The translations under genes and the position numbers were made by a program. The notes under the pieces were generated by a model. It saw nothing but the letters and a program-made list of their open reading frames with translations. It was not told the DNA's origin and did no database searches. 64,000 bases of DNA from a virus. Its lineage: Duplodnaviria > Caudoviricetes. This document shows positions 57,013 to 64,000 of the stretch, in pieces (the first letter of the stretch is position 1; every line of letters begins with the position of its first letter). The DNA lies in the IMG/VR virus record IMGVR_UViG_3300009314_000001, one strand, 5' to 3'.

Positions 57013-57386
57013 CTCAAGTCCTTCATAACACTTTTCACATATTCTACGAGATTCTGTGGGAAGACTGGATCGGCTAGAACAAACGCGATATCTCCTTTAT
57101 TCTCATTTGGGTTTGCTACATGTCTTGTAACAGATGCTTCACCATCATGAATAAAAATAGCCATAGTATCCAGAAATGTCATGCCCTCAAAGACTTTTTC
57201 TGAATCCGCACTACCTTTCTGATGAAAGTCGATCTGAACCATTGCATGCGGATGTACCGACACCTTATATTGAATCCACGGACTTTCCTTGAGAGCAATC
57301 TCTATTTCCTCAGCAATCCCTTGAGCAATAAGCAGCTCTGGATTTACCGATGCACCGATATTACGAAGGTGCGTTACCCAAGTCAT
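57009..57386 (-). CDS. Hypothetical protein (DP family)
   Basis: C-terminal FVLADPVFPQNL. Confidence 0.55.
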   Translation of the reverse strand: MTWVTHLRNIGASVNPELLIAQGIAEEIEIALKESPWIQYKVSVHPHAMVQIDFHQKGSADSEKVFEGMTFLDTMAIFIHDGEASVTRHVANPNENKGDIAFVLADPVFPQNLVEYVKSVMKDLR

Positions 57387-57967
57387 TAGAATGGAATCTC
57401 GTCATCTAAGCTGGTTTTCTTCTGGCGAATATCACGCTCGACAGTAGTTACGAGACTAACAGCCCTAGCAAGGCTTTTCTTCATATTATCCAATTCATCT
57501 TCAACCAACGTCCAATCGTCAGGATTTACGCCAGAACCACTATCACGAAGAGCTGTCATTAAGTCTTCAATTTCTCTGATCTTAACGAATAATTTGATCC
57601 TTTCATAGACAGCATCAATGCTCTTAGGATCATTAAACTCAAATTGCATGCTCATCGACGTATGAGCACCATCCTCGCCATAATATATAATCAAATGATC
57701 TGAATAATACTCAATCTGAAAGAAATCTGTAGTTCCATCAGCATTTTCACCATATGACAAAACATCAGGATAATCATCTTTTTCATGATCGTGAATATGA
57801 ACAAGATGCGATTCAAGTCCTATATTTTGGCCCCATCCATTAGTAAACAGAGGATCTTCACTCCAACTACGCTGGATTATCATCGCATCAAAAGCTCTTG
57901 TGTTATGCCAGAGCTTTGGGACATCTTCTTCATGTTTTTGCATAGTCATGCTCCGCCGAACCGCCAT
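57386..57967 (-). CDS. Hypothetical protein (DP family)
   Basis: FEFNDPKSIDAV; ends DDEIPF. Confidence 0.55.
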   Translation of the reverse strand: MAVRRSMTMQKHEEDVPKLWHNTRAFDAMIIQRSWSEDPLFTNGWGQNIGLESHLVHIHDHEKDDYPDVLSYGENADGTTDFFQIEYYSDHLIIYYGEDGAHTSMSMQFEFNDPKSIDAVYERIKLFVKIREIEDLMTALRDSGSGVNPDDWTLVEDELDNMKKSLARAVSLVTTVERDIRQKKTSLDDEIPF

Positions 57968-58274
57968 GAATTACTCTCGTGATTACAGCAAGAATCCTGT
58001 CAATGCTATTGGGAGCCATTAGATCAATACGGCGACTCGCAAAGTCTGTACTCATCCTATCATCTTTTTCTCGCTTTATATTCTTCGCACACCACATAAT
58101 TTCTATTTGGACGTCTTCCACCATATAGAGCGTTACGTCATGATCTTCCAGCATCAACACGGTCTCTGTGCTAGCAGCAGGACTCGCTCTATACACTCTA
58201 GCAGCAACGCCTTGTTTCTCTAATTCATCAACAAGACCTTCAAAGAGAGCGAGTAGTATATCCTGCTCTGACAT
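57930..58274 (-). CDS. Hypothetical protein (DP family)
   Basis: IDLMAPNSIDRI. Confidence 0.55.
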   Translation of the reverse strand: MSEQDILLALFEGLVDELEKQGVAARVYRASPAASTETVLMLEDHDVTLYMVEDVQIEIMWCAKNIKREKDDRMSTDFASRRIDLMAPNSIDRILAVITRVIHGGSAEHDYAKT

Positions 58275-58777
58275 TATCGTGCGAACTTCACCATGTTGAC
58301 TGGAACATAGTTAGTTTCTTCGGCAGACAAATGCCGATACTTCTCTGGGTCGTACCACGGCATTCTTTCGTGTGCTCTGTGGTCGTTGGTGTGCCAGTGG
58401 CCATGTACGTTGACCCTGACACCATCAGGCCAATTCTCCTGTGGCCTATGGCTCAACAGAACATCACCAATCTGTAAGGACTCAAAAGCACCGTCGAAAC
58501 CATGCCTCATGTACCACATAGGTGACTTGTGATCATGATTTCCCATCGTCAAGAACTTGCGGCGGCACTCTATGCCGTCGAGTATTCCCTTGAGTTCTGG
58601 ATAGCGATAGAAAATAACATCCCCAAGATGTACAAGGACATCTTGGGCCGCAATTAAATAACACATGTTCCTAATAAGGAGTTCGTTATAGTTCTCAGGC
58701 CTATAACGATTCTTTATAAGTTCGTCGTGGAAGAAGTGGGTGTCGGCTATTAGCCAGTAGATGCTTGCTCTTGGCAT
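58274..58777 (-). CDS. Calcineurin-like metallophosphoesterase
   Basis: ADTHF, HLGDV, GNHD, LSH, HGHWH. Confidence 0.88.
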   Translation of the reverse strand: MPRASIYWLIADTHFFHDELIKNRYRPENYNELLIRNMCYLIAAQDVLVHLGDVIFYRYPELKGILDGIECRRKFLTMGNHDHKSPMWYMRHGFDGAFESLQIGDVLLSHRPQENWPDGVRVNVHGHWHTNDHRAHERMPWYDPEKYRHLSAEETNYVPVNMVKFAR

Positions 58778-59205
58778 TGTTTCTTTCTCCTCAATTCTCT
58801 ATTATAATGCTTCCAGCTTTTGTCGTGTGCAAAGCGAAAGCAAAAATTAGCATTCCTTGCGGCGATCTTCACCAATTCTATAAAGTTGTCAGGAAAATCA
58901 GGACAACAGTATTGGAAATCATATGTTGTAAATTCAAGCCGACGATTTACCATAGCATTCACTGTCTTCAATGCTAATGATATATGATCGACCTCGACTG
59001 TAAATGTCCCGAATTGTTGCCACGCACCACCTGAACACGGCGATACAAAACACGTATAACTGTCTCTCTTTTTAGGGATGCCAGAAGATCTAGTCGTGTC
59101 AACGCGTAACCACGTTGTATGACCACCACGTGCTATACCAACATCAGTAGAAGTATCGATAGGCAGTATTTCACAAAGTCCGTTAATAACAGCGTCGGTG
59201 ATCAT
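58750..59205 (-). CDS. Hypothetical protein
   Basis: 151-aa ORF. Confidence 0.5.
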   Translation of the reverse strand: MITDAVINGLCEILPIDTSTDVGIARGGHTTWLRVDTTRSSGIPKKRDSYTCFVSPCSGGAWQQFGTFTVEVDHISLALKTVNAMVNRRLEFTTYDFQYCCPDFPDNFIELVKIAARNANFCFRFAHDKSWKHYNRELRRKKQCQEQASTG

Positions 59206-59519
59206 GCGTCTTTCGGAGTGTGTTCTTCACACCATACCCCACTTTCGGTTTTGGCAACAGGATCTTTATCGCATTCTTCGTGAGAACAAGCATTCAGTTT
59301 TTTGATCAGAGCATCAATGCAGGCTTCGGTCGAATGATCTTCACCATCAGTTCCGGCAAGCCACTCTACGAATTCTTGACACAACTTGTCTGTAAACCTA
59401 TCAATTAGGATTGGCTTTTCAGATCGTTCGTTGACAAGTGATGCAATTTCGGTACGGGTAAGGCTGACACCGGCTGTAAAAAGACCGATTGATGCTAGCT
59501 TCGATTGTGGTTTACTCAT
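59202..59519 (-). CDS. Hypothetical protein
   Basis: Probable start MSKPQSKL. Confidence 0.5.
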   Translation of the reverse strand: MSKPQSKLASIGLFTAGVSLTRTEIASLVNERSEKPILIDRFTDKLCQEFVEWLAGTDGEDHSTEACIDALIKKLNACSHEECDKDPVAKTESGVWCEEHTPKDA

Positions 59520-59538
59520 TTGTATTCCCCTAAAAACA

Positions 59539-59576
59539 GAGGGGGCACCCAGGTGCATCCACCCGAGCGCCCCCTC
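59539..59576 (-). terminator. Probable intrinsic terminator after the AAA gene
   Basis: gagggggc/gccccctc stem followed by TGTTTTT on the minus strand. Confidence 0.55.
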
Positions 59577-59599
59577 GTCACCACAAACACAACACTCTT

Positions 59600-60943
59600 T
59601 TACGAATCGGTGCCGACCGTTCCCCAGGAAACCCTGGACAAGGCCTTTTGCAGTTCCGGACGCTCGGTGAGTCGGTCCACGAACGTCTTTTTCTTTGTCT
59701 TCGACTGCTTGTTGAACTTCGAGATCATGTTCGCCAAGCGAGGATTCGAGATCACGGCCGCTCGTGCCTTCTCCTGGTGGTCCTTCGGGTTGTTCCCGCT
59801 AACCAGGGCACGGCAGAAAGCGACAACCACGTCCTTGTCGTTCGCGTGGTGAACCATGAAGCTCGCGAAATCCAAGCAAACGTCGGCGACTTCGTCCTTC
59901 TCGATCGTGTTCTTGCAGAACGACACCAAACCCCACATCAAGCCGGTCAGTTGGTTGCGATCCAGCTTCTGCAGTTGCTTCTCGTAAGCCGCAACACCAC
60001 GCGACATCAGATCACGCGGCTTCACCGGGCAGGAGTATCGCGAGAAGGCCTGAGCGAGTTCTCGACCGATCAGCCCCGAGTAAACCTCGAACGCGGCGCT
60101 CTGCGAGAAATCACCATCACGGTGTGCCTTCTGGATTTTCGCGATCATTTCCCAGGATCGTCTCGAGGGTTGCACCGAGAATCCAAGCTCGCCAGCGATG
60201 TCGCCGTCCAGGTGCTTAGTGTTCTGCGAAGCGAATTCGATCACTTCCGCAGCGTCACCGCCGTGGACATCGGACATGTAGTTGACCCATTCCTCCAAAG
60301 TCGTCTCACCAGCGGACAGCGTGATGTGGCAGAAACGGTCGAGGAAGGCCGGATCGTTGAATCCGGTAACCATATAGCCTTCCATGAAGTTTCCGGCCGC
60401 TACCACACACCACCCCGGCGGCAGAACGTACTGGCCAACGCGGCGGTCCAAGACCAACTGGAAGATAGCCTGCAGGACATCATCCTGGGCTCTGTTGACC
60501 TCGTCGATAAAGAGGATGCCACGCTGGAAGTGAGGCTGCAGCTGCTGCAACCTCTCGAAGTACTGGCGCTGCTCTTCAAGACCAGCCTTTGTCAGCCGTT
60601 TCTGGATTTCGGTGGGGATATCTACCTTCGCACCGTCGCCGCCTTTGATCCCCAAGAGTTCGGCCAATTCTACGGTGATTTGCTCTTGGTCCTTGTCGCC
60701 TAGCGGCATATCGGCGGGTGGTAGATAATGCGTTCTGCGATCTTCGCCCTTCGCTGGCAAACCGCGAATGTCGGACGCTTCCAACTGCGAGCATCGCAAG
60801 TCGATAAAACCCCAACCGTTCTCAGCGGCCAATTGTTGGACCAAACTGGACTTGCCGAGACCTCGATGGCCCCAGATGAATGGGGTCACGTCGCCTGCCC
60901 GGCAGAGCAGGACCGACTCCTTAATGACACTGATTTTCGCCAT
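59600..60943 (-). CDS. MoxR-like AAA+ ATPase
   Basis: WGHRGLGKS (Walker A), ILFIDE (Walker B), VAAGN, AFLDRF, SRRSW; GAGGAG RBS. Confidence 0.88.
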   Translation of the reverse strand: MAKISVIKESVLLCRAGDVTPFIWGHRGLGKSSLVQQLAAENGWGFIDLRCSQLEASDIRGLPAKGEDRRTHYLPPADMPLGDKDQEQITVELAELLGIKGGDGAKVDIPTEIQKRLTKAGLEEQRQYFERLQQLQPHFQRGILFIDEVNRAQDDVLQAIFQLVLDRRVGQYVLPPGWCVVAAGNFMEGYMVTGFNDPAFLDRFCHITLSAGETTLEEWVNYMSDVHGGDAAEVIEFASQNTKHLDGDIAGELGFSVQPSRRSWEMIAKIQKAHRDGDFSQSAAFEVYSGLIGRELAQAFSRYSCPVKPRDLMSRGVAAYEKQLQKLDRNQLTGLMWGLVSFCKNTIEKDEVADVCLDFASFMVHHANDKDVVVAFCRALVSGNNPKDHQEKARAAVISNPRLANMISKFNKQSKTKKKTFVDRLTERPELQKALSRVSWGTVGTDS

Positions 60944-60996
60944 TTTCTAACTCCTCAGTTTGTGGTGACAAACAACATTTATTCCTTCCGACTTAT

Positions 60997-61023
60997 TGTT
61001 ACAAATCTGTATCGGAAGTTAAA
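60997..61023 (-). promoter_or_regulatory. TTTAACN-N14-GTAACA motif
   Basis: tttaact-tccgatacagattt-gtaaca upstream of the AAA gene. Confidence 0.65.
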
Positions 61024-61529
61024 TTCGAGAAATCGAACTCTGGTATATCATTCGCATTGATTTCATATATGACGTCAAAGTGTAGACCTGATTCATCCTC
61101 TGTAGGCCATCCAAGACTCACAACCAATTCTTGAAGTGCAGGTACCGTAAATCGAAATGGCACCCAAAATTTATCCCTCCACCAAATTATAGAAGGACCA
61201 CCCCTGAATCCATCGGACGTCATACCAGGCGTTATACACAATAATACATCAGAACTTGGCACAGATAATCTATCCAACTTACCATCAAATAACACCCCAA
61301 TAGCACTCATGGTACCGCCATCCTTCGCATATGTCGTATACGTCCCCATCATACGGCATCTAACAGCGAGATCGGCTGTGGCAAGTACTGAAAACACCAT
61401 GAAGCCTCCAGAATCGGCTGCACTAAAGGTATTATCCTCGTACCGCCCACCCTCTATATCAAGATGCTTGGTATCTTTAGCACTCCAGTTGGGATAGGAG
61501 TTCTTCGGCATCAGGCACTTCGACTTCAT
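60999..61529 (-). CDS. Hypothetical protein (WRDKFW family)
   Basis: IIWWRDKFWV. Confidence 0.55.
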   Translation of the reverse strand: MKSKCLMPKNSYPNWSAKDTKHLDIEGGRYEDNTFSAADSGGFMVFSVLATADLAVRCRMMGTYTTYAKDGGTMSAIGVLFDGKLDRLSVPSSDVLLCITPGMTSDGFRGGPSIIWWRDKFWVPFRFTVPALQELVVSLGWPTEDESGLHFDVIYEINANDIPEFDFSNLTSDTDL

Positions 61530-62148
61530 AGAAGAGATAACCCTTGTTCTTGTAGTATTCCACGCTAAGGCCGTCGACGGCTTTCACCCAGAATTTGTCC
61601 TGCCAGAACCATAATTCCGGAGATTGTGAATCAACTGTTCCTCTCCTGGTGAGAGCAATTGCCGTTCCGACGATCGCGGCGACATCATGAGTCGGATCAT
61701 TAAGATCCACAACACCACGAATACGGACCTGGACCATTTCACCATCATTGGTGTCAACAGCCTTGTCCAAAATATCAAGGTGATGGAACACCGGTTTATT
61801 ATTAGGACGCAGCTTCCACTGAAGAGGTTCGCTTAGATTCTTTCGCTTGAACGCTGTGAGCTTTCTCATGTGAATATCCAACCTTCTCTCAATTATTTCT
61901 CGACCCTCATCAAGTGAGTCACAAAGTCCAGAACCAAGACAAAAATCACCCCTACTACGATTACTACCAATATCCCATTTGAATTGTTCCCCAGGACCGT
62001 CCCGGTAAACCGTAGCGATAGCATCAGCATCGGTATCATCGACATCGATCAGCCACGTGAAGTCCTCACTGAGGCCTCCAGATTCTAGGCTGGCGTCACA
62101 AGTCCAATGATCTTCCCATGCTAATCTTCTCATACTATACTGTCTCAT
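61477..62148 (-). CDS. Hypothetical protein (WRDKFW family)
   Basis: LWFWQDKFWV. Confidence 0.55.
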   Translation of the reverse strand: MRQYSMRRLAWEDHWTCDASLESGGLSEDFTWLIDVDDTDADAIATVYRDGPGEQFKWDIGSNRSRGDFCLGSGLCDSLDEGREIIERRLDIHMRKLTAFKRKNLSEPLQWKLRPNNKPVFHHLDILDKAVDTNDGEMVQVRIRGVVDLNDPTHDVAAIVGTAIALTRRGTVDSQSPELWFWQDKFWVKAVDGLSVEYYKNKGYLFYEVEVPDAEELLSQLEC

Positions 62149-62158
62149 ACTATACTGT
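62129..62158. repeat. 15-bp tandem duplication
   Basis: ctcatactatactgt x2. Confidence 0.85.
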
Positions 62159-62183
62159 TACGAACAATTATTGTTTAGTTAAT
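62156..62183 (-). promoter_or_regulatory. ATTAACT-N15-GTAACA motif
   Basis: attaact-aaacaataattgttc-gtaaca, 7 nt before ATG 62148. Confidence 0.5.
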
Positions 62184-62548
62184 TCCACCCTAAAGATAGA
62201 AGTTTTATTCCTCTTTCGGAGGACTTTTTTGATCCATTCATCTAGTATGTCAAAGGCGTTTGGATTTACCAAGTCAATTTCAGTAGTCCCAACGAGTTCT
62301 TCATTAGTTGCCCCACGTTTGATTTTTCTCCAGCATGTTACCTTCATAATTGAAGTATAAGCCAGCTTGTCGTTACCTAAACTAATATGAATTCTCCGGT
62401 TCTTATAAGTAATCACTACACAATATTCTTTACTGCTGAGAGTCTCAGCAACTCGTACGGTGAATTTACGAGCCCATCGACCTTGTTGTTCTCTAGCGAT
62501 ATTGAAATGGTAAGCAATAGCTCTAATTATTTCTTCATTCTCGTTCAT
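62168..62548 (-). CDS. Hypothetical protein (DP family)
   Basis: EIDLVNPNAFDIL. Confidence 0.55.
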   Translation of the reverse strand: MNENEEIIRAIAYHFNIAREQQGRWARKFTVRVAETLSSKEYCVVITYKNRRIHISLGNDKLAYTSIMKVTCWRKIKRGATNEELVGTTEIDLVNPNAFDILDEWIKKVLRKRNKTSIFRVELTKQ

Positions 62549-62550
62549 GA

Positions 62551-63258
62551 TTATTTGGTCACAAACAAACTTGGAAAAGTAAAATCATATCCATATTTCT
62601 CAAAATCAATAGCATATATTTCAGCAACATCCGCACGTAATTGATCATCATAGAACAAGTTATATGATGGACAGAGCATTGGGCGGAATGGGTAAGGTTT
62701 ATCTGCAACACATTCAGTAAGTTCTGGGTCCAACGTACTTCTATTAAATTCTATATTCGGGATCCCCTCAGCTGAATATGAAGTACCAGCCGCTTTATTC
62801 AAAGCATCTAATGCTTGTTGGAGCCCATCTTCAAGCTGACATACTATCAGATTAGGAAATTCACATTCGAATAATTTGAATTGAGGTGCAAGATGTGGAT
62901 CATCTACCAATTCTATATGTTGCTTCATCAGGAAAATAAATTGCCGAAATGTCTCACACTTAATCTTACTCAATTCACTAGACCAACGATCTACAAGTCG
63001 ACTATGAAAAAATGAAGAAACAGCCCGCAAAAATGGATTACGTACAACTTTCAGAATCGGAAGTTCGATATCATCTTGAGTAAAGGGATATTGTGGGTTA
63101 TGAACATGGGCTCTATAATTATGTGGCCATATAGAGAAACGCAAAGCATCACGAAGCAGCCCCATCTCCTTGAGAAAAGCACATAAGACAGCAGTACAAC
63201 CAGATTTATGATTAACAGCAAATAAAGTATTATGAATATGATCTTTAAAAATGTCCAT
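62551..63258 (-). CDS. Sulfotransferase (family 2)-like protein
   Basis: VNHKSGCT, VVRNPFLRAVSSF, DPHLAPQ, IYAIDFEKYGY. Confidence 0.7.
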   Translation of the reverse strand: MDIFKDHIHNTLFAVNHKSGCTAVLCAFLKEMGLLRDALRFSIWPHNYRAHVHNPQYPFTQDDIELPILKVVRNPFLRAVSSFFHSRLVDRWSSELSKIKCETFRQFIFLMKQHIELVDDPHLAPQFKLFECEFPNLIVCQLEDGLQQALDALNKAAGTSYSAEGIPNIEFNRSTLDPELTECVADKPYPFRPMLCPSYNLFYDDQLRADVAEIYAIDFEKYGYDFTFPSLFVTK

Positions 63259-63614
63259 TATGCATCCCCAACGTAGTAAATAGATCTAATATATGGTCGC
63301 CGAGTCCCAGATGACTTCCTACCAGGGCGTGTTATAGAAAACCATTTCCTAGCCGCCTTTACATCATAGCAATCTGTAGGCATCGGGATTCTACTATGAC
63401 GAGCTGTACAAACGTCCCACATTTTTAGCATTTTCCGGACTTTAACTTCCTCTTTTAATGTTTCAGTATTACCCAATAATTTTACGAGGTCCTGCCTGGC
63501 CATCCTGTCCAATTCAATTTCTGCGAATAATTTATCACGCCACAAGTAATGTCTTACCCCCGCCTTATGATACACACAGAGTGGTTCAACTCCAGGATCG
63601 TTTAAGTCCGTCAA
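63258..63614 (-). CDS. Hypothetical protein
   Basis: 118-aa ORF; YLWRDKLF. Confidence 0.5.
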   Translation of the reverse strand: MTDLNDPGVEPLCVYHKAGVRHYLWRDKLFAEIELDRMARQDLVKLLGNTETLKEEVKVRKMLKMWDVCTARHSRIPMPTDCYDVKAARKWFSITRPGRKSSGTRRPYIRSIYYVGDA

Positions 63615-63615
63615 T

Positions 63616-63942
63616 TCAAATTCTAGAAGAACGATTAATCTCCTGCCGTCTAATAGCCGCTGGAACTATGCTCTCATGTAGGGTGGCTTGCGACCAATCA
63701 AAAATGATTATGAAATGCAGGTCAGGTTCGATAAGAAGGTTATTACCAGAGACATTACCTATCTGATAACGATTGTCATGAGCAAATGTCATCGTCTTTA
63801 ACAGCTTGCCCATCATCCAAGCACTAGTACGAAGGTCAACGCGTAACGAATCCTTCCAGAGCTTGACCACTGGAATAGCAGAACTCACTTTCACAATATC
63901 CCGAAGGCCAATAATACTGACTTGTCTACCACCTTTCAACAT
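63616..63942 (-). CDS. Hypothetical protein
   Basis: 108-aa ORF; may extend upstream. Confidence 0.45.
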   Translation of the reverse strand: MLKGGRQVSIIGLRDIVKVSSAIPVVKLWKDSLRVDLRTSAWMMGKLLKTMTFAHDNRYQIGNVSGNNLLIEPDLHFIIIFDWSQATLHESIVPAAIRRQEINRSSRI

Positions 63943-64000
63943 AAAGGTATCCCAGATCTTAGAAAAGCCAAGCTCGTAATTGAGGCGTTTATCCGTGCCT

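Noticed and set aside
59648-60703. 351-aa + strand ORF (and similar long antisense ORFs over the vWA and 929-aa genes)
   Set aside because: Antisense shadows caused by GC-rich codon bias in the real minus-strand genes; no RBS or motifs.
16845-60969. ACCACAAA in the leaders of the 16832, vWA and AAA genes as a shared regulatory site
   Set aside because: Short, variable position and only three copies; indistinguishable from chance apart from the AAA inverted repeat reported separately.
1-64000. CRISPR array, rRNA, transposase or integrase
   Set aside because: No regularly spaced repeats or recognisable motifs seen.

Overview
The window looks like 64 kb of a large (jumbo/huge) tailed dsDNA phage genome using the standard genetic code. 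I saw no rRNA, no CRISPR array and no host housekeeping operons. From the left end it contains: (i) a 5'-edge partial gene with a sigma-70 region-2-like motif, missed by the ORF track; (ii) a cluster of 7 tRNA or tRNA-like genes (1337-6069) interleaved with four free-standing nucleases (2 HNH, 2 PD-(D/E)XK) and three candidate structured ncRNAs; (iii) late/virion genes (T4 gp2-like, baseplate/collar-like, three paralogous fibre-like proteins, acidic putative head proteins with I/L-x-E motifs); (iv) nucleotide/DNA enzymes (dUTPase, thymidylate kinase, Dam-like methylase, P-loop kinase, metallophosphoesterase); (v) an unusually large set of glycan-tailoring genes (glycosyltransferases, three sulfotransferases, two pyruvyl-transferase-like, two radical SAM, one methyltransferase domain); (vi) a MoxR-type AAA ATPase and its vWA/HExxH partner, split about 9 kb apart; (vii) many small hypothetical genes, including two dispersed paralogue families. 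Two recurrent upstream motifs read directly from the sequence, TTTAACN-N14/15-GT(A/C)ACA (7 copies) and CAAANATA (12 copies), look like phage-specific early and late promoters. With the sigma-like gene they suggest a two-stage transcription programme. All family assignments come from motif recognition by eye; no database searches were run.
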